Source of the DNA: Candidatus Woesearchaeota archaeon
GTDB taxonomy: Archaea > Nanobdellota > Nanobdellia > Woesearchaeales > GW2011-AR4
Assembly: GCA_018303655.1 (NCBI GenBank)
Contig: JAGVXT010000021.1
Location: 18,811-82,810 of the forward strand
DNA length: 64,000 nucleotides
Direction of reading: 5' to 3'
The notes under the pieces are model-generated. The model saw only the letters and a program-made list of their open reading frames with translations, had not been told where the DNA came from and ran no database searches. Shown here in pieces: positions 1-8,086 of this stretch; position 1 is the first letter of the stretch; the number at the start of each line of letters is the position of its first letter. Both the position numbers and the translations under genes were made by a program.

Positions 1-91
1 TTACGTTGGAAGAAAAAACAGCAATATACCGAAAGGCAAACAGGAAACTCGAGAAAACTCAAAACAGAGATGGGAACTAGGCAATAATCTT

Positions 92-352
92 GTGTTGTTT
101 AATTCTAAATCTGAGGGATTATCTTACAATGGACTTGTAGTAAAAGATGGTACAAATATTTACGTGTTTGGAAACGATATTGACGGCGAGATAGCCGCAT
201 TGAGAAAACTTGTAGATAACCAAGAATTCTATTTTAGTAAAAGTGTAGCTTCAAGAGCGGATTATATTTCAGAACAAGATTTGGATGGTTTGTTTGTTTT
301 TGATTATCTGCATACTGATGAGAACACCGAGGTAAATATAAATGGTTTTTAA
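92..352 (+). CDS. hypothetical small protein (86 aa)
   Basis: Open frame directly upstream of and overlapping the start of the surface-protein gene. No recognisable motifs. Confidence 0.3.
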   Translation: MLFNSKSEGLSYNGLVVKDGTNIYVFGNDIDGEIAALRKLVDNQEFYFSKSVASRADYISEQDLDGLFVFDYLHTDENTEVNINGF

Positions 353-2657
353 AAACTTAAAATTAATTTTAGTGTATTTGATCTTAATACTTATAGTCCC
401 ATCTATTTTCGCATTGACACTTCAAGAACTAATTGACTCTTACAATTTTGGATATAATGACGGCACACTTAATATTAATCAGTTTTCTGATTATATGTCA
501 GACTCAAACTCAAATGGACAGAATGATACTTTAATAATAAACATTACCGTTAACTCTACTTACACTGCTTTTTTTGAGGTTTATTTTGATTTGGCAGAAG
601 AAAGTGGAACTTTGTCCAGCAAGATTAATCAAAGCATATCTTCCGGTATATCGAACGTCAATATAAGCTTTGACACTCGCTTATTAAACAAAAATAAATA
701 CAATTATTCTGTGAGAATTTATAACACGACAAATATTTTAGTCTTTAGTAAATACAGCATAGAAACAAGCACCTATAGCGAATTTGAGAATGGAACGAAT
801 ATAAACAGCATAACTGACGAGAATGTAAATGGTAATTACATAAGGATTAATTTAACGCTCAATGTCTCCCAAAATCAAGACACTAATATAACTGCCTATT
901 TAAAATTTAATGAAACCATAATAAGTGCGACAAAACCAGTAACATTATCGTCTGGAACACAAATAGTTTCATTGGATTTTGATAATGAGACTATAAAATC
1001 CACTCATTATAATGGAAACTTCACTTTAGACTCTGTGTCAATAGGTAAAAAACTGATTAAGCCGAGCTATAGCACATCAACCTATAATTATGAAGATTTT
1101 GCAAAAACCTCTTACTTCAGAAACTACAGTAGCGCAGGCATTGATACCAATGCAAATAACTTGTCAGAATTCCTAGAAGTAAACTTTACTATAGCAGTTA
1201 AAAACACAACTACTTATGAAATACAAGCTGAAATATATGACCAATTCAACAATTTTGTCAAAAATCTATCCGCATCGCAAAGCTTGTCTATTGGAAATAA
1301 GACTCTAAGCATAAGGATAAATGGCTCTGACATCTATTCTACAAAAATAAGCGGGCCATATCTATTAAGTGTCGCAAGGCTAATAGAAAATGGAAATATT
1401 ACAGACAAGCAGTTTGAACCTCATACAATAACAAATTTAACCTATACAGATTTTGAGAGACCGCCTTTGCCGGACTTGAAATTGAATATGACTGTAATTT
1501 TCAACCAAACAACAAATCAGTCTAATGTTACAATAAAACTCAACAATACCGGAGAGTCAACAGCTTTTAATGTATTCCTTGATGTTTTTAACAATGAAAC
1601 TTTTTCAGCTATAAATAGTACTGTAATACTAAATGTCAACGAATCAAAAATTTATAATTTTATAGTAAGCAATACATCCAATACAACCCTGTTCACAGCC
1701 ATAGCAGACTTTGACAATCTGGTTGATGAAAGCAACGAAAGCAACAACATTGTGCAGAATACTCCTCCAACAGTTGTTTCTTTAGCTATAGAATCAATAA
1801 CCGCAATGTACACCAATGGAACATTAAAAATCTTTGAATTTGTAATTTTAAATGATGGCGATGCAACAGTTACAGATGTCCAATGGTGGTTTGACACGAA
1901 TGACAGCAATGTAATTAACAGCACCTCAAATACCAGCTTAAGCGCAGGAGAAAGGGCATTTGTTTACTTGCAATACAACTTCTCTGATCAAGGAAGCTAT
2001 AATGTGAAGGCAAATGCAACTGGATTAAGCCAATCAACTGCTGTATCTTCTTCCTTAAGCTCCACTGTAGGCGTGGGGGATTTGGCAATAACAAGCTTCA
2101 GCGCTTCTAACATTGCTGTAACCAATGTGATATTTGAAATACAGGCTCAAAATAATCTGCTGCAAAACCTAACAAACCTAAATTGGTCGTTAACAACAGC
2201 AGACGGGAGTATAATCAACTCAACTAGCCAATTCAGCTCGATACAGCCAAATGAGACTGTGTTTATATTTGTAAGCTATGACTATGGCAAGACTGGAACA
2301 TTCAGCCCGGTTGCTTCTGTTACAAATCAAACATATTCAGACTCAAAAAGCCTAACTTTAGACATAAAGCATATACAGGCTTATAACCTGACTGTTGCAA
2401 ACGAATCTGGCTCAAAAAGAATATTTGAGTTTATAATTAAAAATTCTTTAAATACAAACTTAACAAATACAAATTGGACATTTGACACTAAAAACAGCAA
2501 TGTCATAAATGCCACTTCAAACAGCATATTGCAGCCAAATGAGCAGATGTTTATTTACATAGACTATAACTTCACAGCAACAGGAACATTTAATGTTAAT
2601 GCAACAGCAAGGAATGGAACTTTAAGCGATTCAAGGAATCTGACAATAACAATATGA
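342..2657 (+). CDS. secreted Asn/Thr/Ser-rich surface protein with N-terminal signal/TM segment, CARDB-like repeat motifs and dozens of N-X-S/T sequons
   Basis: N-terminus MVFKNLKLILVYLILILIVPSIFA is hydrophobic. Repeated blocks end in ...DFDNLVDESNESNNIV... (CARDB-like). Composition is extremely rich in N, T and S, with many NxT/NxS sequons typical of N-glycosylated archaeal surface proteins. Confidence 0.6.
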   Translation: MVFKNLKLILVYLILILIVPSIFALTLQELIDSYNFGYNDGTLNINQFSDYMSDSNSNGQNDTLIINITVNSTYTAFFEVYFDLAEESGTLSSKINQSISSGISNVNISFDTRLLNKNKYNYSVRIYNTTNILVFSKYSIETSTYSEFENGTNINSITDENVNGNYIRINLTLNVSQNQDTNITAYLKFNETIISATKPVTLSSGTQIVSLDFDNETIKSTHYNGNFTLDSVSIGKKLIKPSYSTSTYNYEDFAKTSYFRNYSSAGIDTNANNLSEFLEVNFTIAVKNTTTYEIQAEIYDQFNNFVKNLSASQSLSIGNKTLSIRINGSDIYSTKISGPYLLSVARLIENGNITDKQFEPHTITNLTYTDFERPPLPDLKLNMTVIFNQTTNQSNVTIKLNNTGESTAFNVFLDVFNNETFSAINSTVILNVNESKIYNFIVSNTSNTTLFTAIADFDNLVDESNESNNIVQNTPPTVVSLAIESITAMYTNGTLKIFEFVILNDGDATVTDVQWWFDTNDSNVINSTSNTSLSAGERAFVYLQYNFSDQGSYNVKANATGLSQSTAVSSSLSSTVGVGDLAITSFSASNIAVTNVIFEIQAQNNLLQNLTNLNWSLTTADGSIINSTSQFSSIQPNETVFIFVSYDYGKTGTFSPVASVTNQTYSDSKSLTLDIKHIQAYNLTVANESGSKRIFEFIIKNSLNTNLTNTNWTFDTKNSNVINATSNSILQPNEQMFIYIDYNFTATGTFNVNATARNGTLSDSRNLTITI

Positions 2658-2686
2658 TCTGGCAGTAACTTTAAACTATAAGAATT

Positions 2687-3619
2687 TCATCCATAAAACA
2701 ACTCTTCTTTTCCAAGATTTTCCTTGTACCAATCATAAGCTCTTTTAACTCCTTCATGTATATTGACTTCCGGCTTCCATCCTAATGATTTTAATTTTTC
2801 AATTGAAGGGATTCTTGTCATGATTTCTCTTTCTTTTGTTCTTGTGTCCTTTCCAAAGCCGACAATTTTTGGCTTTAGGCTTTTGCCGGAGACTTTGATT
2901 ATTGATTCAGCAAGCTCTTTCATTGTAATCTGGTCTGTATTTGCTATGTTGTATGCTTCTCCTTTTGCGCCTTTTTTTCTGACTGTTTCAATTCCGCTAA
3001 CAACATCGGTAATGTAAGTGAAGCACCTTACCTGGCTTCCGTCTCCAAAAACAACAGGCGCTTCATTGTTCAAAACTTTTTGGATAAAAATTGGCATGAC
3101 CCATTCAAAGCCCTGCCCTGGGCCATAAACATTAAACAGCCTAACAGGATTTATGTCCATGCCATATTCCTGAACATAGCCTTTTGCATACATCTCTGCT
3201 GTTAGTTTTGAAACTCCATAGATGCTAACAGGGCTTTTTGGGCTGTCTTCTTTTATTGGTATTTCTCTTGGCTCGCCGTAAACTTCTGAAGAAGAGGTAT
3301 AAACAATCTTTTTCACATTTGTCCCAAGCGCGCACCTGAAGACGTTTACTGTGCCGTCTATGTTGACAGCCAGTGTGTTTAAAGGCTTTTTATCGGAATT
3401 GACTACTCCAAGCTCGGCAGCAAGATGATAAACAACATCACAATCTCTCATTTCCCATCTTATGTCTTCAAGCACGGACTTTTTTACAAATTCAAGCTTA
3501 GGATGTGTAAATTTAATCGGCTTAATATCAAGAACTTTAACATCATTTCCTTCATTAAGGAGATGCCTGACTAAGGTGTGCCCTATAAAGCCATTTCCTC
3601 CAGTGACCATTATTTTCAT
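2687..3619 (-). CDS. NAD-dependent epimerase/dehydratase (extended SDR; UDP-sugar 4-epimerase-like)
   Basis: N-terminal Rossmann motif VTGGNGFIGHTLVRHLL. YxxxK (YGVSKLTAEMYAKGY). Length 310 aa. Confidence 0.75.
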   Translation of the reverse strand: MKIMVTGGNGFIGHTLVRHLLNEGNDVKVLDIKPIKFTHPKLEFVKKSVLEDIRWEMRDCDVVYHLAAELGVVNSDKKPLNTLAVNIDGTVNVFRCALGTNVKKIVYTSSSEVYGEPREIPIKEDSPKSPVSIYGVSKLTAEMYAKGYVQEYGMDINPVRLFNVYGPGQGFEWVMPIFIQKVLNNEAPVVFGDGSQVRCFTYITDVVSGIETVRKKGAKGEAYNIANTDQITMKELAESIIKVSGKSLKPKIVGFGKDTRTKEREIMTRIPSIEKLKSLGWKPEVNIHEGVKRAYDWYKENLGKEELFYG

Positions 3620-3771
3620 GTTAACTTAGTTGGATTTTTGGTATATTTTTAAATTATTTGTTTTTTAATGTGTATTTATTTCAATATAGTAAATAATTCA
3701 ATTTTATTATGTTTATTTTCAATATAGAAAAAATAAAGTTTAAATGTGGGTGGGTGTTTTCCACTTGAATA

Positions 3772-4965
3772 ATGAAAATTATTCATTTAATGGGCTATTT
3801 TGTGCCTGAGCTAGGCTATCAAGAGTACTACTTGGCGAAGAAGCACAGGGAAATGGGGCATGATGTTTATGTAGTGGCTTCTGACATGCTTTATCCCTTC
3901 CCAAACATAGAAACAATGCTAAAGGAAGCTGGCATCAAAAACACATCAAGAAAAAGAAAGGCAGGTTTCAGCGTTATTGATGGCATCAAGGTCTGCAGGC
4001 TAAAGCATTTTTTTGAGTACTCTGACTTTATTTTGGCTAGGGGATTGAAGCAGGCTCTGGCTAAGATAAAGCCGGATGTAGTTTTTGCGCATGAGAGCAG
4101 GCAGGGCTTGCCTGCATTAGCCGCTTATTATAAAAAATTGTTCAATTACAGGCTTGTTGTAGACCAGCATGACTTCTACCACAAAATTCCCAGCCATCAC
4201 TGGTGGAAGAGACTTTTCAGGTTTTTGGATTATTTTCTGTTCAGGAAGTTTATTGTGAATTACAGCCTTAACAATGCGGACAGGATTGTTGCAGTAACCG
4301 AAGAGACAAAAGAATTCCTGGTAAATATCCATAAGATAGCGCCAAAAAATATTTTATTGATACCTTTGGCAGTTGACACTGGTTTTTTTAAGTTTGACAA
4401 CAAAGCAAAGACAAGCATAAGAAAAAAATTCAATATCAAGAAAGATGACATTGTTTTGGCTTTTTCCGGGACAATAGTAAGGAGAAAGGGCATAGAATTG
4501 CTGCTGGAAGCCGTGTCTGAAATAAAAAATGGAAACATAAAGCTGCTTATTGTTGGAGGAGGCGATAATATTTATATGCAGGAGCTGAAGAATTTAAGCA
4601 AAAAGCTTGGAATTGAAAATAGGACTGTATTTACAGGATTTGTAAAAAAAGATTATGTTAAGGATTATTTTTCTGCAGCTGACATCGGAGTGTGGCCAGG
4701 AAACAACTCCGTAAGCATAATGGAGGCAATGGCATGCAATCTTCCAATAGTGATTGTGGATCTGCAGTTAAGCTATTTGGCAAGCTACAATAACGGCTTG
4801 AAATTTCCAGAGCACAATAAGGAAAAACTAAAGGCAGCATTAAAAAAACTCATTGGAAATAAAAATTTAAGATTAAAAATGGCCAATAATTCTGCATCTG
4901 CAATAAAAAGATATTATAGCTATGATGCGATTGCAGGGGAATTTTTGAATGCAGCTAAAGGCTGA
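3772..4965 (+). CDS. glycosyltransferase family 4 (GT-B, retaining)
   Basis: C-terminal GT4 signature ...GFVKKDYVKDYFSAADIGVWPG...EAMACNLPIV. Confidence 0.75.
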   Translation: MKIIHLMGYFVPELGYQEYYLAKKHREMGHDVYVVASDMLYPFPNIETMLKEAGIKNTSRKRKAGFSVIDGIKVCRLKHFFEYSDFILARGLKQALAKIKPDVVFAHESRQGLPALAAYYKKLFNYRLVVDQHDFYHKIPSHHWWKRLFRFLDYFLFRKFIVNYSLNNADRIVAVTEETKEFLVNIHKIAPKNILLIPLAVDTGFFKFDNKAKTSIRKKFNIKKDDIVLAFSGTIVRRKGIELLLEAVSEIKNGNIKLLIVGGGDNIYMQELKNLSKKLGIENRTVFTGFVKKDYVKDYFSAADIGVWPGNNSVSIMEAMACNLPIVIVDLQLSYLASYNNGLKFPEHNKEKLKAALKKLIGNKNLRLKMANNSASAIKRYYSYDAIAGEFLNAAKG

Positions 4966-6025
4966 ATTTTTTAAGTATATTGACAATATTCCTGCTCGCA
5001 TTTCCATTCCCGTAATTCTCGCTTTGCTTTCCTTTTGGATTAAAATTCCTTACTGCATACCTTATCTTTGCTTTATTTGCTCCTGCAAGAATGTTCCAGC
5101 CGTCATTCACTGTCTCCGTCCATTCTGTCGAGTCTCTCAAAGTGATGCATGGAACTTTGAAAAAATAGGCTTCTTTCTGCATCCCTCCTGAATCAGTAAT
5201 TATTTTTTTTGCGTTTTTCTCAAGAATTAAAGTATCAGCGTAGCTTAACGGCTTTGTTACAATTATGTTTGAATTTTTAAGCTTTTTATCCAGATTGTAC
5301 AGCTTAAGGCATTTTGCCGTTCTGGGATGGACCGGAAAAACAATTTTTTCGCCGATGCTGAGCAGGGCACCCATTATATTGGACAAGTTCTCCTTAATGT
5401 CCGTGTTTCCCGCACGATGCACTGTTGCAAGCAGATAGGATTTTTTGTTGAGCTTTAATTTCCCCAAAATCCTGGAATTTTTTTCAGCAATGCCGATGTT
5501 CCGCTTTATAGAGTCTATCATAACATCCCCTACTTTAAATACATTTTTTGTAATCCTTTCTTTTTTCAGGTTTTGGACAGCTGTCCATGTTGGGCAGAAC
5601 AGTATATCAGAAACTCTGTCTGTCTCTACTCTGTTGATCTCTTCAGGCATGGACTTGTTAAAGCTTCTCATCCCTGATTCAATATGGGCAATCTTGATTC
5701 CAGATTTTGATGCTGCCATTGCCCCTGCCAAAGTCGAGTTTGTGTCTCCAAAAACAATGACCAAGCTTGGCTTTTCCTTCAGAATAATCCGGCACAGGCC
5801 ATCAATCATTTTTTTGATTTGCTTGCTGCGCTCCGCTGACCCAACGCCAAGGTTATAATCCGGCTCCGGTATCCTCATGTTCTTAAAGAAAATTTTGGAC
5901 ATTTCATAATCATAATGCTGCCCGGTGTGGACTACAACTTCATCAAAGTGCTTTCTTATTTCGTGAGATAAAACAGCCAGCTTGATAAACTGCGGTCTTG
6001 CGCCGACAACGCTGAGAATCTTCAT
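4955..6025 (-). CDS. wecB: UDP-N-acetylglucosamine 2-epimerase (non-hydrolysing)
   Basis: MKILSVVGARPQFIKLAVLSHEI...HTGQHYDYEMSKIFF matches the WecB/MnaA N-terminal signature (GxRPxxIKxAP, HTGQHYD). Confidence 0.85.
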   Translation of the reverse strand: MKILSVVGARPQFIKLAVLSHEIRKHFDEVVVHTGQHYDYEMSKIFFKNMRIPEPDYNLGVGSAERSKQIKKMIDGLCRIILKEKPSLVIVFGDTNSTLAGAMAASKSGIKIAHIESGMRSFNKSMPEEINRVETDRVSDILFCPTWTAVQNLKKERITKNVFKVGDVMIDSIKRNIGIAEKNSRILGKLKLNKKSYLLATVHRAGNTDIKENLSNIMGALLSIGEKIVFPVHPRTAKCLKLYNLDKKLKNSNIIVTKPLSYADTLILEKNAKKIITDSGGMQKEAYFFKVPCITLRDSTEWTETVNDGWNILAGANKAKIRYAVRNFNPKGKQSENYGNGNASRNIVNILKKFSL

Positions 6026-6771
6026 TTTTTATCTGATTCCTTTTTCTTCAGCTCATTGGATTTTTCTATCATGTCAAGAAAATCAGACTTTACATCTTTC
6101 TTTAATATTCCTATATTGGGCATAACGCAATGCCCCCCTATGAATCCAGGGTATAATACGGGCCTCACGACATTGGGGTTTGCTATTTTACAGCCGTCAT
6201 TGTATGTTTCATTGAATCTTGTTACTGCCTGCTTAAAATCCGCATTGAATTTTTTGCATATTCTTTCCATTTCCTGATGATATGCTATGCACAGGCCATA
6301 GTATGTTGTGCCAAAAATCTTGCCAAGCTCCGTTTCCATTGGCGATTTCATAGTCTCAGTTTTCATTCCCAACGATTCGAAGTGCTTTTTTGCGTCTTCT
6401 CCTGATTTTTTGTCTGCAGGCCCTATGAACTTGACAAAAAGCAGCAGACCTTTTTTTATTTCAGGGTGCTTTCCCCTGACAGGAGAATGCACCATGCTTT
6501 TTTTGGTTTTATCGTAAATTGCTTTTGTAGTGCCCGGCCTTACAGTTGAGTTTATTACAACAAGCTTGGGATTGTATTTTTTAATGTAGTTAGCGGCTAT
6601 GCCTGCAAAATTATCCATGTAAGGTATGCATATGTGCATAATCTCTATTTCTTCATTAATTTTAATGTCTTCTATATCTCTTTTGAACAGCTTGTACTTT
6701 CCTGAATCTTCTATCACCTGACACAGAGCATTTCCAACTTCGCCTAGGCCTATCACCAATACATTTTTCAT
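6022..6771 (-). CDS. short NAD-binding dehydrogenase, UDP-glucose/GDP-mannose dehydrogenase family-like (lacks C-terminal UDP-binding domain)
   Basis: GxGxxG at N-terminus (VIGLGEVGNAL). PGFIGGHCVMPNIGILKKD resembles the catalytic-Cys motif PGxGxGGxCxPKD of UDP-sugar dehydrogenases. Only 249 aa. Translationally coupled to wecB (ATGA overlap). Confidence 0.45.
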   Translation of the reverse strand: MKNVLVIGLGEVGNALCQVIEDSGKYKLFKRDIEDIKINEEIEIMHICIPYMDNFAGIAANYIKKYNPKLVVINSTVRPGTTKAIYDKTKKSMVHSPVRGKHPEIKKGLLLFVKFIGPADKKSGEDAKKHFESLGMKTETMKSPMETELGKIFGTTYYGLCIAYHQEMERICKKFNADFKQAVTRFNETYNDGCKIANPNVVRPVLYPGFIGGHCVMPNIGILKKDVKSDFLDMIEKSNELKKKESDKK

Positions 6772-7760
6772 AAAAACACCACCTTGCTGTTTTTTGCGGA
6801 TTCGAGCATTTTTGACGCAATTTCCAGAACTTTAAGCCCGTCTTCTCCTGTTACCATTGGCCTTTTGTCCTTGATAATGCAGTCTGCAAATTCCTCGAGC
6901 TCTGCAAGCAATGGCTCTTTATAATTTATTTTTATTTTTATCATATCTCCTTCAACAATGCTTGTGATGCCTTTTGAATAATCAAATTCTTTTTCAGCAA
7001 ACTCATTTTTGTAGAAATACAATTCTTGAGTCAGGTATTTAGCAACAAACATGCCTTTTTCCCCGGTAACGTAAAGCTCCCTTACTTTTTTTGGAGTAAG
7101 CCAGTTTGTGCTTATTATGCCAACAACATTATTCTCAAATTTTATAATGGCATTGAGCATGTCTTCATGGCTTGCGTGTATCCTTTGCCCTGTCTCTGCA
7201 TAAATCCTCTTTATTTTGGCATTATTAAGGTGCATCACAATATCAATGTCATGGACAGCCAAGTCAGTTGTAACTCCTACGTCTATCACCCTGTGGGGAA
7301 ATGGGCTGAACCTATTGGCAGTTATGCTGTATACCTTTCCTAGCTCATTATTTTCAAGTCTTTTTTTAATTTCAGTAACTACCGGATTGAATCTTTCAAC
7401 ATGCCCGACCATTAATTTTACATTTTTTACTTCAGCGGCTTTTATCAGCTTTTTGGCTTCCTGAAGGCTGTCGGTGATGGGCTTTTCAATAAGCACATTA
7501 ATCCCTTTGTTTATAAAAAACATGGCAACACCCTTATGCAGCTTTGTAGGCACGCATACTGAAACAGCATCCAGCTTTTCATCAATTTCTTTATAGTCTG
7601 TAAATGGCTTTGCATTATGCTTTTTAGCTATTTCATTTGCTGCTTTTTCATCTTTGTCGCAAACAGCAATTAATTCTGCATTGCCCATATCTGAGTAAAT
7701 TCTTGCATGGCTCTTGCCCATTGCGCCTGCGCCTATGACAGCAACCTTAAGTTTTTTCAT
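6768..7760 (-). CDS. Gfo/Idh/MocA family NAD(P)-dependent sugar oxidoreductase
   Basis: MKKLKVAVIGAGAMGKSHARIY N-terminal Rossmann motif and overall Gfo/Idh/MocA architecture. Same operon as wecB. Confidence 0.8.
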   Translation of the reverse strand: MKKLKVAVIGAGAMGKSHARIYSDMGNAELIAVCDKDEKAANEIAKKHNAKPFTDYKEIDEKLDAVSVCVPTKLHKGVAMFFINKGINVLIEKPITDSLQEAKKLIKAAEVKNVKLMVGHVERFNPVVTEIKKRLENNELGKVYSITANRFSPFPHRVIDVGVTTDLAVHDIDIVMHLNNAKIKRIYAETGQRIHASHEDMLNAIIKFENNVVGIISTNWLTPKKVRELYVTGEKGMFVAKYLTQELYFYKNEFAEKEFDYSKGITSIVEGDMIKIKINYKEPLLAELEEFADCIIKDKRPMVTGEDGLKVLEIASKMLESAKNSKVVFL

Positions 7761-7861
7761 TTTGATATGGGCAAGAAAATAGAGGGGAATTTATAAATTA
7801 TATGGTTTAAGGTACATTGTTAATTTGTCAAAAAACTTAAGCACTTTTATCTGTCAGCATA

Positions 7862-8071
7862 TTAACTTTTCTTCTTCCAATAGAAAAAAACAGCTAAAAT
7901 AACCAAAACAGAAATAACAGCTATTGCAGCTAACGGACTATAATCTTTCTTTTGCATTTCTTCTTGAAATTTTTTTGTTGCATTTGCTTCTGGCTCTGTA
8001 ATATTTGCAATTTCGCTTATTGTTATATTTTCAACTGTGGGTATTTTCTCTTTAACGGATACAGCAAAATA
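7862..8071 (-). pseudogene. orphan fragment resembling the C-terminal membrane anchor of a surface protein (open frame without canonical start; internal ATG gives 31-aa MQKKDYSPLAAIAVISVLVILAVFFYWKKKS)
   Basis: The translated frame ...ENITISEIANITEPEANATKKFQEEMQKKDYSPLAAIAVISVLVILAVFFYWKKKS* has NxT sequons, then a TM helix and a Lys tail. It mirrors the C-terminus of the 970-aa surface protein immediately upstream. Confidence 0.25.
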
Positions 8072-8086
8072 TTAAAATATGGGATA

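Noticed and set aside
1652-1924. Antisense and overlapping small ORFs within large genes (for example 1652-1924 minus, 2763-3017 plus, 4117-4538 minus, 5445-5858 plus, and many others in the ORF track)
   Set aside because: They are fully embedded in longer ORFs with strong domain evidence on the opposite strand or frame. They have AT-rich low-complexity translations and no independent support.
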